NCBI GenBank assembly: GCA_039621445.1
Contig: CP154954.1
Coordinates: forward strand, 41,409,572-41,473,571
Direction: 5' to 3'
DNA length: 64,000 bases
Source: Euglena gracilis
Lineage: Eukaryota
Below, piece by piece: positions 38,501 through 50,724 of the stretch (the first letter of the stretch is position 1; each line of letters starts with the position of its first letter). The notes under the pieces were generated by a model, which searched no databases, was not told the DNA's origin, and worked only from the letters and a program-made list of their open reading frames with translations. The translations under genes were made by a program, and so were the position numbers.

Positions 38501-40940
38501 CCAGTACTGCTGCAGCAGAAATATTTTCTGCCGGTGCTGTTTCAGCACCTTTCGGTCTTGCGTTCCGATCTGGGGATTCCGGCACTGATGCAGGAGGAAT
38601 CTCCTGGTCGGCTGGCTGCCGGCATTCTCGGCAGACGGAGGCGGTTTTCCGCGTTCTCCGAAACCCCAGAAGTCAACGATGTGGACTTCCTTGCAAAACT
38701 GGCATTCCAGTTTGTACCGCTGGGGGTACGCGAGGTCCACGTCCAGTACCTTGAACAGCATGCCATACATGCTGTCCAAGAAGACTTGGAGGTTGTTCGT
38801 GAACATTACCGCAGCCTGCGCCTGGAGTTTCTCCGGCAGGGGGTAATACTTCCACTGGATTCCCAGTGCGCTGACTGAAAACATGTGGTTGAAGATTTCC
38901 TTCAACTGTGCGACGAACGTTTCGCCGTCTTCACAGGTATTCAGGCAATCGATATACGTCAGACCGTTTCGGTCGGTAAAAATGCCGAAATTCTGGCAGG
39001 GGTATCCCAACCAGAACCACAGTTCCCAGAAACCAGGCATCTGGTCCAGGACAACTTCATTCGAATGAGGGTATCCCTCGAACGCATGAAGTTCGGCACT
39101 GTAGAAAAAACGTTTGCAGTGATCGTTCATACGATTCTGCACCACTTCGAGCACCGCATCCGGTGGTCGGTGGATCACGTTGCCTGCCCTTGTGAACTTT
39201 TGGAGATCCTCGTCGATTTTCGGCCAGATCTCCTCCAGGTACTTGAACACTGAGGCAACGTCATAATCCTTCGTTTTCGAAGGTTCGGCGGCTTTCCCGC
39301 CCTTGCCTGCTGGGGCTCCGGCAGATTTTCCGCCTTTGCCTGGAGCTGGCCAGGCGGCTTTTCCGCCTTTGCCAGCTGAGGCTTTCCCACCTTTCTCCTT
39401 GCCTTTTCGTTTCCCCTTACCCTTGCCCTTTACCCTTCACCTTACCCTTTGTGTTAGACAGCCATTCAAAGGTCGCCCGGTATGGGTCAAAGTATTCCCA
39501 GTATTCTGGGTCTTCTGGTGTAAACACGGGGTAAGTCACGGATTCCGTGCTTGGTGTTCGAGCAAATTCCTGCTCAGCGTCACCACGATTCGAGTAAACC
39601 GGTGCGACTGGGGATGGTCGGGTTTCCCGACGTGCCCGTTCTGCCGTCACGTCTGGCGCTGGCGGAGCTTCCTCCTCAGCGTCGACGTGCATCGCCGCGG
39701 GCGGATTTTCCGACCTCGGCGAGCGGCGCTGTGGCTGCGGCGTCAGATTTTCCGGGCCGCGGTCACGCTTGCCGGCGGCAGAGCTTGTGGGCCGTGCTGG
39801 AGGCGCTTCCGCCACAGCAACGTCCTGCTGTCGCGCTGGTTGACTTGATCGTGATGGAGCTGGGACTCCTGTGAGAGCCGACACAGCAGCATCATACTGC
39901 TGGCGCTCTTCCCGTGTCATTTCCGCCCGGGCAGGGTATCCCTGGCCAGCGGAAACAGGGGGGCGACGTGCGATTTGTCGTTGGATCGTCACAGCATATT
40001 CATACTGTTGACGCTCCTCCTCAGTCTCAAACGGCCGGCCAGTCCACGGGTTAACGGGTTCATCCCGTACCGGGGGAACTGGTGCCGCACGAGGCGCTGC
40101 CGCGGCTTCCCGCGGACGAGCGCTTCGGGCAGAGTCAGACGTCGGGGGAGGATTTCCCTCCGCAGGACGTCGTGGGATAGGGTCAGGTATGGTTGGGTGG
40201 GGTTGAGGTGGATATACGTACTGATCCCGTGGCATTGGCGCCTCCTGGGGGTAATCCCCAGAGACGGTATACTGAGACACAGGCTCCTGCGCAGGATAAT
40301 CCCGCCGGGGCATGCGCTCAGGGGATCGAAAAATACTTTCTTTCACACGTGGGTGTTCACTCCGGACAGGTGCTTCCACTGTCTCTTCCTCGGGTAATCC
40401 GGGGGAGTGAGCACGAAAATGTGCAGTGTAAGTGCCAACTGGTGGTACCTGCCGTGCGACCTGTGGCGGGACTTCCACGCCCAGGTCACGCATGGTAATG
40501 TCTGCCGCGAATCCCGACGCGTCCGGGTCGGTGTAATACACCAGACCGGTCATCGTCGCCTGGGCGCACATACACCACAGGGCTGGAGGGGTATTCGCGA
40601 TGGTTAAAATTTTACGGCAGTGGTCATCCCACAATGCCTGCGTGAGGTGGTCTGGTGCCGGGTTTGCGCTCATACGCATAACCCGGTTCATCGTCTTCGC
40701 CGTGCGGTGGATCATCACACCCGCATACGGTGGGAGGCGACGAGAGCCTGATGGCTGAGATGGCCGCGCTTCCGCGGGCATCTGGGTCATCCTGCTACTG
40801 CTGCTGGCTTCAGGGTTTCCCTGAGCCGCAGTCCGTGCAGGTGGCTGCGTACCGTATCGGTACGCATACTGGTCAGGTTGAGGGTGAGTGGTGGGGTGGT
40901 AAGGCGGTCCTCCGCCTGGCTCCCTTCCACCGGGCAGCAT
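35588..40940 (-). pseudogene. Large unknown ORF (~1,780 codons) downstream of pol, split into five pieces
   Basis: ORFs 39417-40940, 38057-39250 (frame open up to ~39428), 37459-38127, 36832-37428 and 35588-37015 join through three frameshifts and one in-frame TAG; two Trp/Cys-rich globular regions with CxxC motifs. Confidence 0.7.
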
Positions 40941-41103
40941 GATACAGCCCGGGGTCGGTACGGTGGGATGTTGGGGTTGTTGGTTGTAAGGTGTGTGAGG
41001 GTAACCGCTTGAGTATTATTTGGTAAAATGTCTGCGGAAAGAAATAATGATAAGAATCAATGATAAAAAGAAAAAGAAAACAACATGGGTTTCCCATGCG
41101 TTC

Positions 41104-42420
41104 TCAAAAACTTGTCATGGAAACATTAATATTATGCTTCTTGTTCCACAGCTTCCAATCCTGTTGGACATACCCAACAAAACTGGTTGCTGGCTCCCAA
41201 GTGTCCTCCTCGGGCCCATACCCTCTCCAGCGGACCTTCCAAAGGTGCATACCTTTGTCGATTTTGTGATCGATAATTTTATCGACTACAAAGTCGTCCG
41301 TCTCAGGTAATCTGGAACGGGGTTTGAAGTGCAAACACGGGATGGGTTTCCCATCCGGTGGCGACAGGTATGGTTTGAAGTCGTCCATATGAACGTCCTC
41401 AACACCATTCGGTAATGCAACCTTGTAACGCCCGCTGGTACCTAGTCTTTCTAGGATTTCACAGGGGCCGAGCCAGAGGGGGTCCAGATTGGAAGACTGC
41501 ATGCGAGTGCGGCTATTCCGCACCCACACACGGTCACCGGGGCTATACACAGGTGACTTGAAATTCTGCCAAAACGGTTTCCGTTTGGTTGCATGAATAT
41601 CAGTGACGCGCTTCTGGACTGCAGAACGTAGATTTTCTACTTCCGCAAACCAGGTCTCGCAACTGACACTCGTTCGGGCGGGTCTCTCCGAAGGGACATC
41701 CCCTATGGCCGGAGGGTCCCGTCCGAAAACTAATTTATAAGGGGAGTGAGGTAAAACCAACCCTGGTAGGGTATTGATATAAAACAAAGACCATGGTAGA
41801 ACTGATATCCAGTTGCTGCGCGAGTCAGCCAGTGAAAGGCGAAGCATATTCACGACGGATTTCATGGCTGCCTCGGCTCTACCATTGCCTTTGGGTCGGT
41901 ATATAATGAAAAAATGTTGCTCGATTCCGAGTAAACCACACAAAGTGGTGAAAAACCTTGAAGAAATCAAATGGTCTTGATCACTCACGATTTCATTCGG
42001 TAAACCCATTAAGCAAATGCATTTCTCCAAAAATATAGTTGCCAAACTTTGGGCAGTCAACCCTGACTTCTGGCATGGAATGGCTACAATGTACCCACTC
42101 AGCCTGCAGACGACAACAAAAACGTAATCGTAAATTTTGTCGTCCGTTCCTTTGCACGGTTCTAATTCCAGAAAATCCATGCAGAGGGATGTAAAAATGT
42201 CAGGGGGTACGGGGAAAAAGTCCATCGTACCGGGGGGGGGGTACCTCTGCGGGGTTTTACAGCTTGACAAATTTGACACCGTTGCGCTATTCGCAAACAG
42301 CGTGAGTAAAGCTCTTTCTCGCTCAGGGTTGTGCAATACCTGCGGCCCACCAACGAAAGAAGTTTGGGGGCCCCAGGGTGACCATGGTTGTGATAACACA
42401 AAATCACATCATCAACCAGG
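41104..42420 (-). pseudogene. pol: pol: integrase (HHCC, DDE core, GPY/F-like motif) and C-terminal chromodomain
   Basis: HNHGHPG...CQIC; SLCMDFL, IVSDQD, NGRAE; WLGPCEI; FVVDKIIDHK...KVRWRGYGPEEDTWEP; frameshift in the G-run at 42232-42241. Confidence 0.95.
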
Positions 42421-42789
42421 TCCTGGGGAATACAATATTTGTAACCCGATTCATTGCGAAAAACCAACCGTAAAGGTGAAAGAGTGTAATTGTCCAGCAC
42501 TTCGCCATTACGAAGTCTGGTGACAATGGTGTCATACACCGGATCACGACTATAATCCCATTCGCGAAAGAACAGTGGGGAAGGGGACTCCGTGCGCGTA
42601 ATACGCCGGGGTCCGGACGTGCTTCCACGTCGGCGCCTTCCGCGCACTGGTGCGACCAGGAATAGTTGTGAAACGGGAAAAGAATCCAAAAGATTATCCG
42701 CAGCGTCGTTTCGACGTGCGTATTCGTCAGCTTCCTGACTTCCATGAAAAGTCGCGTCTCCCTCATCCGGGTTCCCAGGGTAATACCAA

Positions 42790-44100
42790 GGGGCCCGACT
42801 GAGCGGATCCGCTACTTTTTGTGTGTGACCAGGGGTATAAATAACCACAAGGTTGAATTGACTCAAGAACTCATGCCATCTGCATCGCCTTCCGACCGAT
42901 GACATGGCCTTGTTCAAATCCTCGGTGTACCAGTGTTGGAGACTCTCATGGTCGGTCTTGACGAGGATCTGGACGAGGCTGCTGGCTACCCAGCTTCGGA
43001 ATTTCTGGAGTATAAGCACGATTGCGTAGGTTTCCTTCTCGCGTATACTCCATTTGACTTGACCTTTTCCATCGTCGCCCTGTAACTTTCTGCTGAAGAA
43101 AGCCACAGGTCGGAGCTCATTCGCCGCATTATGCTGGCTAAGAACTCCGCCAACAGCGTAATCGCTGCTGTCGACTTCCAACACGTATGGTTTGTAGGGG
43201 TCCGCGATTTCGAGGACAACATTCTCCAAAAGCAAAACCTTGATTTTCTCAAGGGCCTCGCGCATTTGGTCATCCCAAATGACTTTGGTGTTGTCAACAG
43301 CCCGGTTTTTGAGCTGTTTGGTGAGGGGCACCGCGATTTTCGCGAAGTCCTTCATATAAATCGCGTAGTATTGGGCTAATCCCAAAAATCCTTTGAGGTG
43401 TGTAATCGTTTTGATTACCTCAGGGGTCCATTTCTTAATGGCTTCGAGTTTACTCGGAGCGGCTTTCCGCTGTCCATTGCTGAGGATGTGACCGCAAAAT
43501 TTTATGAGAATCCGAAACAAATGCATTTTCGCGCCTTTCGCGAAAAGCACATGTTTTTGAAAGGCGGCTAATACCGCGCAAACATGGTGGAAGTGTGTGA
43601 CGAGGATATGGCAAACGGTAAATCGCGTAGAACCCATTGTATCATGCGCTGAAACATGGCTGGGCCATTCTTAACACCCATGGGGAGTACCGTCCATTGG
43701 TACACACCCTTGGATGTCACGAATGCCGAGTATGGTTGTGAGTCAGGGTAGGGTGCAAGTGCATTTGGTGAAAACCGTCCTCCAGATCGAAAATTGACCA
43801 CAACCGGTTTTCCGATTGTTTGGTGATCAAATCCTCGATCAGGGGGAGCGGGAAGGGATCATCCCTTGTTTGGGAGTTCAGGTACCGGTAATCCAGCACC
43901 ATTCTCCATTTCTTCTGACCGGAGGGGTCTGGGGGTTTAGGAACAACAAATGCCTGGGATTTCCACTCGCTTTTCGAGGGTACAATCCACTTGCGCTGAA
44001 TAAGCTTCTCAATCATTTCATTGAGAGCTTGTTCGCGTTCTCCCGAACAACGAAAAAAATTCCGGTGCATTGGTTTGGCTCCATCCTTAAGCTCGATCTT
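42790..44100 (-). pseudogene. pol: pol: reverse transcriptase and RNase H
   Basis: KWRMVLDYRYLN, FDLEDGFHQ, LPMGVKNGPAMFQR, FLGLAQYY, VDSSDYAVGGVLSQ, EKETYAI, TDHESL, VADPLSR; 5-bp duplication frameshift at ~43750 and YxDD missing at ~43605. Confidence 0.95.
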
Positions 44101-44309
44101 ACAAACACCGAACGGACCGCGTATCGCGGGGTCGATGTCGCACGCGTATACTGGATTTTCCAGCACACCGTGAAATTCGCGGGTGATCCGCGAACAGAAT
44201 TCGGCTGACTTAGGATGCTGACCTGCACTCTCGATGACTGCGGAAACCACCAGGGTATCCCTGGGGCTACCGAGCTTCCTCGGCACCGCGAATTCGGACA
44301 TTCCGAATG

Positions 44310-44715
44310 CATCGAAGAAACATACGCGAAAAATGATTTCTTGCAAGGGTGGTAATATTTTACCACAAAAATCCTCAAAAATCGGTACATTAGTGGGTAA
44401 ATCCCACCAATAAAAACATACATACGATAGTTGGGTGAACCATTCCGCTTCCGGAATGATGGGTATGAGAATAACTCCACGGGCTTCATCCCGCAGAATT
44501 TTCTCAACCGCACATTCGATAAGTTTTGGGGGAGGGTGCATCCATAACACCGTATCACCCCAAAATTTATCAAATGCGTTGGAGTGTTGTGACCAATGAC
44601 GTGGCAAACGGGCATGTGCATTGGATGAAAAGGCATCGATTTCCAATGCCAAATCAAAAGAATCAGCCAATGTCGCGATTTTGGAAAACCATCGTTCCAA
44701 AATGCGATATTGACC
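44310..44715 (-). CDS. pol: Dam/DIRS-type N6-adenine DNA methyltransferase-like domain
   Basis: IDAFSSNAHARLPRHW...NAFDKFW...LWMHPPPKLI...VEKI...GVILIP...EWF follows the DxFA...DAF...W...[N/F]PP...K...ILIxP...WF motif order of DIRS/phage Dam-like MTases. Confidence 0.75.
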
Positions 44716-45519
44716 AAAATTGAAAGCATTCCATACGCGTTTCGCGTATTCATGCACCCGATTTCCGGGTTGGAGTGAAGAAACACAATGAATGGATCCA
44801 CAAACATGCGGGTTGTCTTCCACTACCTCAAGGGATAATCCCAAGGGAGTTTGGACAAGTTGGGGTTTTCCCCATTCCGCATCAAATTCATACCAAGTGT
44901 ACTCGGGATGGTGATTAGGCATGACGCTTTTCGCGTTTCCGAACAACGAGGCTAATCCGCGTTGTTGGAGAACTCGGTGTATCTCCGTGCACTGCGGGCT
45001 ACAACTAAGTGTATCCTGGGGTGTGGATTCCGCTTTCAGAATGGCGATTAGTGTCGGATTTTGAACTAAACATCCACAATCGAAATCCGATTGGGTGGAA
45101 ATTCTCCTGCAGTGCACACATTGGAAGGAAGTGTGTTGGTGTGACAGGTGTGCGTGTAAGTGGGTGTCGATGGCATTAGCCGGTGAGTCTTGTACAGGTG
45201 TGCCTGGATTCGGCACAACTGGTGGGAAACGGAGTGGTGGTGTAGCTGGGCGACTACTCGACACCGTAATTTCTTCAGGCCTTTGGGCTTTCGTCTTGTA
45301 ACCCAGTGAAACGGCGGGGGTACCGCTACTGGCTTGCCCTGCCTCATGTGGAACGCATGTTGGTGTGTCGTTGGGCAGGGGGGAGGCTTTCTCCGTACCC
45401 CGGGTGTGGAAAACGGTTGTTGGTGTGGTGGTCATCATGGCGGATGTCAACGGTGATGGTGGTTTGGGTGTCAATGAAGTGGTGGGTGCTGTGCGCAAAC
45501 CGTGGGAGTGGCAATCCAC

Positions 45520-46059
45520 AACCAATCGGTACTGGCGTAAAAATGGGTATCCCAAAATTACGTCAGACCCGTGAATTCCGGACTCGTAACCCCAAATATT
45601 GGTGAAATGTTGTAATTGTGGGGGTTGTGAGTGATGCTTCGGAATGATGGGCAAGAGTATCTCGAGGACACATCCCAAATCACCACCACACATGAGGGTG
45701 TTATCCGCGGTTGTAATTTTGATCGGTTTCTTGGCGCTTACCAAGAGCGGGGTCGGTATCAACCCCAACCGAAAGAGCAGTGCAATGCGACAACCAGTGT
45801 CAATGAGAATTTTAACTTTCGCGGAGAAATTTTGGATGCGGATTTCCGCTTGGACAAGTAATTCCATTGGTGGTACGCAAAGTGAAGGGTCTGGCGGAAA
45901 TACGTTTGCATGCCAGCTCTCCCATGAACCCTTTCCTACTTTGCTCAGCATTCCGAGCGGAAATGTGGAGTGGGGGGTAGGGGACCCGAAATAATTCCGG
46001 GTACTGACCGTGAAGGCGGATGGGCAGGGGGGGCAAGGTTGATCAGGTCTTACCTCCAT
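45520..46059 (-). CDS. pol: pol: aspartic protease region
   Basis: ILIDTGC active-site motif and a downstream DVILGYPFL. Confidence 0.9.
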
Positions 46060-46068
46060 CTGTTCATC

Positions 46069-46107
46069 AGCCCAGAGGTCCGTGCCCTCGGACCTCGGGC
46101 TCCCCTA
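46069..46107 (-). promoter_or_regulatory. Putative gag-pol stop-codon readthrough signal (UAG-GGG plus stem-loop)
   Basis: The gag TAG (46107-46105) is in frame with pol; AGCCCGAGGTCCG pairs with CGGACCTC(T)GGGCT starting 3 nt later. Confidence 0.7.
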
Positions 46108-47559
46108 CTCCAAGTCCGAACCGGCCGCATAGCCGGCAACGGACTTTTTGGTGGAATAGATGGAATTCAATGAGCGCACCGCCATTCGGGCCTCATTAAA
46201 TTCCCCGTCCGAGGTCTCATCCCCCTCCCTGCCCGAAGCCGGAGGGTCCTCCTCCAAACAAGATATCTTGAAACCGACCTTTTGCCGGTTGGAGGAGTAA
46301 CCACGGTCATCGCGGCGCTTACCGCGATTTCCGTAGCCGGGCCGGGGGGAACGAGATCTGGGACATTTGGATGCGTGGTGATCTTTGGAACCGCAAAGTG
46401 AACAACGGGATTTGTGGCGGGATTCCGCATAACGGGGGGAACGGTATTCCGTTCTTCCGTCGAACCGTCGTGGTGAACGGGTTTCCCGTCGACCATGACC
46501 GGTGTACCGGGGTTTCCCCGGTGACTCCCGCGAAGAGGATGATCCACTTCGCGAACGAGATCGTGAAGAGTCGCGATTGAAATCCCGTTTTCGGGTAGGG
46601 GGTCCAGGTGACCGACCGCGAGAAGGACGGGTTTCCCGACCATCACGCGATGGTGACTTGGGCCTACTACCGCTAAAGCGGTTCTCCGAAGAACGTGAAA
46701 CTCCCGATTGACGTGAAAACGCCGAGGAACCCGATCCCCGTGAGGAGGTCGAGCCCCTTGGGCTTCCAATACGCTTTCGCGCATCGGGATTCGGGCATTC
46801 CCGAGACATGTGACCAGATTTGTTGCACAAAAAGCACAGTTTATCCGTGCCTTGGTCCGAAGAACGCTGATTCCGCGTTTTCGATCCCGTGGTGGGTGAT
46901 CTTGGTGACATGGGTGATTTTTGCAACGCATTAACCGCACCCGCAGGGATTCCCGCGGTGGGATGCGTTTGGAAAGCGGACTGTATTTGTCCCAAAACTT
47001 GTGTGAGCTTGAGTTGCTTTGACACATAATTCCAACGTTGGGCAAGAGTCATCTCATGCCCTGCCAACTCCTCGCGATGGATATCCTTCACGAGGGATGG
47101 TGTGAAATGCAACAAAACCGCATCGAATTGTTCGCGCATTTGCTTCTCGCTAAGTTCATCAACTTCGGAAGCAAGTGCTAACCATTTGGCATACCAAAGG
47201 TCAATGGATTTCCATTTGCGATCCGATGGCGCGAATTGTCGCCATTTCTTCTCCAGGGTAATCCTGGTGACCAAACTTGAGTTAGTTGAAGCGTATTGCT
47301 CAACCAGGTTATCGAATGATACACCATTACGTAGCACCAAATTGCGTGCGCGTTCTCGCTCCTCCCTCGGTAGGCAATCGATAAATTCCATCTTGACTAC
47401 CTCGGGATTCGGGTCTTGGGTGGGTCCCTTTAGTGCCCAGTAATACTCCCAGTCCGGAAAAAATTGTCTCCATGTGGTTCGCTGACGTCTTGTCTTGGTT
47501 CGCCTTCGTTCTAGACTCTGTTCCTGTCTTCTGGGTTGTCGAAGGTCAAATTTTTCGAA
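46105..47559 (-). CDS. gag: Gag with two CCHC zinc knuckles and an Arg/Ser-rich nucleocapsid region (true start unclear)
   Basis: CFLCNKSGHMSREC and CSLCGSKDHHASKC; the frame stays open upstream of the 47391 ATG (WRQFFPDWEYYW) to 47559. Confidence 0.9.
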   Translation of the reverse strand, partial: FEKFDLRQPRRQEQSLERRRTKTRRQRTTWRQFFPDWEYYWALKGPTQDPNPEVVKMEFIDCLPREERERARNLVLRNGVSFDNLVEQYASTNSSLVTRITLEKKWRQFAPSDRKWKSIDLWYAKWLALASEVDELSEKQMREQFDAVLLHFTPSLVKDIHREELAGHEMTLAQRWNYVSKQLKLTQVLGQIQSAFQTHPTAGIPAGAVNALQKSPMSPRSPTTGSKTRNQRSSDQGTDKLCFLCNKSGHMSRECPNPDARKRIGSPRGSTSSRGSGSSAFSRQSGVSRSSENRFSGSRPKSPSRDGRETRPSRGRSPGPPTRKRDFNRDSSRSRSRSGSSSSRESPGKPRYTGHGRRETRSPRRFDGRTEYRSPRYAESRHKSRCSLCGSKDHHASKCPRSRSPRPGYGNRGKRRDDRGYSSNRQKVGFKISCLEEDPPASGREGDETSDGEFNEARMAVRSLNSIYSTKKSVAGYAAGSDLE

Positions 47560-50056
47560 TCAACAAACTTCGGCGAAAAAGGCACTGAGCAGCAACGCCT
47601 TTCCCAGCGCCTCAAAACAATCCAAGCAACACCGCCGGCTCACAAGGGAAAAGTGCGGAGCCCGAGGCGTGTGTCCCTCCCTCCCTTGTCGGTTTTTCCT
47701 CGAGGGAGTGCGGCAATTGGTGGGCTTCCCCGGAAAAGGGGGGGGGGTCCTCCGGTCTGGATGGGTGGTAAGACCCTGGCCCTTAAAAAAAGGTGCATGT
47801 TGCTGCCTTTCCTAGCTCAAGTTCTTAAGAGGGTTCGTAAAGGGATTGCAATGACGAAATCGCAAGAAAGCAAACAGCCAGTGGTGCACATAAATGGTTC
47901 AAGGAAACTTGGGTAAGAATTTCCCCACACGGGATTCCTCTGTAACATAAACAAACACACTCAGGCACAAATGTGTGTTGTGAGTTTTGTGCATGCATGT
48001 GGGGTTGCGTGGGTGTGTGCAGCGCGCGCATATAAGGCGTGCATATGAGAGTGCTTCCATGAATGCGTGCATATATGTGCGTTTATGTGTGCTGGTTTTG
48101 TTGTTGTTTTTTGTGTTCTCTGATGACTGCTGGAATAACTTCAATTTATGTTGCGTCATCATGTCAAGGCGGCAGAGCGGAGGGTGGATGGATGGATGGG
48201 TGGGCAGAGGTTATCAGGAGAAGCAAAGAATATGAGGACAAATGACACACCATGCAGACAGCGGCAGGGGCCATGTGCACAATCTGGACAAATATGGACA
48301 AGCTGTGGCCACACATCGAGCCGCTGCCCCGAAAAAATAATAGGAAGACTGAAGCGGCTGGCAGCGGCACAGCGGGCAAATGAACAGACACCATTTGTGG
48401 TGGGTGAGAGTGAAGGGCATGGTCAACTGACGGACAGCAGCTCTCACCTCCAGGCGGGGGTTTCTTCATGTTGCCACTGAGGTCTCTCTGTGGGTCCTGG
48501 AAAGAACCAGGCAAATATCTACGAGAACCTCTGGGCTGCTGCCGCAATACCCTAGTGCGTTGGTATGTGGCTGGAAACTGTTTTTTTGGGGCAAGTTGGG
48601 ATCAGTTTATGACAAAGAACGGTAGAAAATGCACACCAATTATGGCAGATAATGCCCCCAAAATTGCCCTAAAACGGCCCACTCGACCACTCCTTCCTGT
48701 AAATCAAATTCACACACCAATTCATACTTTTTTTTTATTATACCAAAAATAGCGAAAAATGGCCCCAAAAAGGGAGGAAAGGCCCCAAAACAGATTCAGA
48801 TGGCCCAAACTTGACCATGCAGTCGAAACGTGCGGGAATGGGCAATTATACTGCGCCAAACTCCTGCAGAACCTCGAAATATGCGCTAAATATGCGAAAT
48901 ATGCACAAATATGCGATTCTTGGACAAAAAAAGTGAAATATGCACTAAATGTGCGAAATATGCGCAAAATATGCACTCTGCATATTCCCTCCCCCCTGTC
49001 TGATGGGCTACTGGTATCCTAATCTGCACAGGCGCAGGCACAGCCACCTTACAGGGGACCCGAGTGTCCCCGCAGCCAAGCCATCGCACCCATCAGCCGC
49101 CCATAGGGGCCGGAGCCCTGCCTTGTCAGCAGGGCTGTCCAGGGAGTCCTGGTCGGGGGTCGACCCCCCCCAGAAGGTGTGGATTAGACAACCCTCCCTC
49201 CCAAATAACTTTGCAGTGTCCTAAAGTTTTGTGTGCCTGAAGAACTTTGCAGGGGGGAAAGCGTAAAAAGATCGGTCCAAATAACTTTGCCCCCCTCCCT
49301 TTTCAAGGAAAAACCGTGAAAAATGATGCATCTTTTTGGGAAATCAGGAGGTGGCAAGGACAAAAAATCATCTGAAATGCCATAATAATCTATTATTAGA
49401 TGAATATAAATATTAAATAATATCACAAATATTAGTGAAACAAATTTCTTTTAAGAAGCGTGGTGAATCAATCCATCAATGGTTTTGGGTACTGCCCAAA
49501 TAAATTTGCAGGGGATTGGGGCCAAAAAGATCGGTCCTAACGTTGCAGGGGGCAAAATTATTTGGGGGGGGGTTACCACCGAGGGTTCCTGGTTCCCGGT
49601 CAGCCCTGCTTGTTGGGGATGGGGCGGAGGCTGGCCTGGCCAATGGTTCTGCCGGCGCCATTTCCGCAGATGATGCCCTGAGGCAAGACGGGTGCATGGC
49701 CTACACCGCGGCAGCCCCAGTGCAACGTCCAGACTTCTTTTTTTATCAACCCCTGGTGGGAGTGCCTTGTGCCGTGGGGTGCCTGTCCATAGCAGGCAAA
49801 CCGTCCCAAGAGTGGTCAGTTTTGGGCTCGGCTGCCTGCCGACCCAGACAAATTATCCTTGTGGGCCATTTTCGCGCCCCCAGCACATTGGCGCTGGGGG
49901 TGGAAGGGTGTGCTACAGCAGCCCCCGACCCCTCCTGCCTGCATCCACCCTCCGGGGGGGGGGTGCGAACTTCCTGATAAAAAGCCCAGCAACAACCTTC
50001 TCGGTGGGAGACACAAAGAAAATGGGCCAGCCGGCCAGCGGCAGCACGGGGCGCAC

Positions 50057-50230
50057 CGCTGCGGGGGCGGCAGCGGCGGGCGGTCGCCGGCGAACCGCGG
50101 GGGGAACGACGTGGCCCCGTCGAAGATGCAGAGCCGGCGCGGGCCCTCTGCCTCCGGGGGCGAGGGAGGGGCGGGGGGTGGGGGGAGGGGGGCGGTGGGC
50201 GACGGCTCTGCCCGGCCGGGGGGCGGACCC
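50057..50230 (-). CDS. FDGA-repeat protein exon (174 nt, phase 2-2)
   Basis: CCACAG acceptor, GTGCGC donor; encodes RRLCIFDGATSFPPRF. Confidence 0.8.
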
Positions 50231-50724
50231 CTGTGGAGGATGGGACGGGCGGTGGGAGGGGGGGGGGGGGGGGGGGGGGCTGGGGTTGAAATGGGAGGTG
50301 TCAGAGAGGGCCATGTGTGATGTGCACGTTTGTGGATAGGGTTCAACACTTGGGGCAACTCTGGTGCGAAGCAACAGAGGCAGAAACATCTGCAGAAAGA
50401 CATTTGAGTTGGATGAAAACAAAATGCGAATTCCTGTGGTTTTCTAGAATGATTTCTCAAGGGGATATCAGCTTTTAGGTTTGAAAATTATTTTTCTTTT
50501 GCTCATCCAATCTCCTCGATTTCAACTTTCTAAAAATTTGATCTTTTCTTCAAATATGCCTTGATGCAAAAAAAAAACTGCCAGATGAAATAGAACCACA
50601 TGGTCACATGACACCTGTGCCCAAAGGCATTGCCATTATATATTACCACAAATCCTGAGTGCAAAATAAAAAAATGCGTTATGAACTTGTGGGTCCAGAG
50701 ATGCGCAAATGGACAGGCCACGCA

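Larger units (their letters stand above)
35440..47947 (-). mobile_element. Ty3/gypsy chromovirus-like retrotransposon with a methyltransferase-like domain and a large 3' extra ORF; decayed, boundaries approximate
   Basis: Domain order gag-PR-(MT)-RT-RH-IN-chromodomain; intronless and far poorer in homopolymers than the flanks; TGTTACA candidate 5' end at 47947; no LTR pair found. Confidence 0.88.

Noticed and set aside
38063-38878. 271-aa plus-strand ORF
   Set aside because: Antisense shadow of the minus-strand coding region.
35440-47947. DIRS element, suggested by the MT domain
   Set aside because: It has an aspartic protease and a DDE integrase with chromodomain and no tyrosine recombinase; the YR at 23 kb is separate and on the opposite strand.
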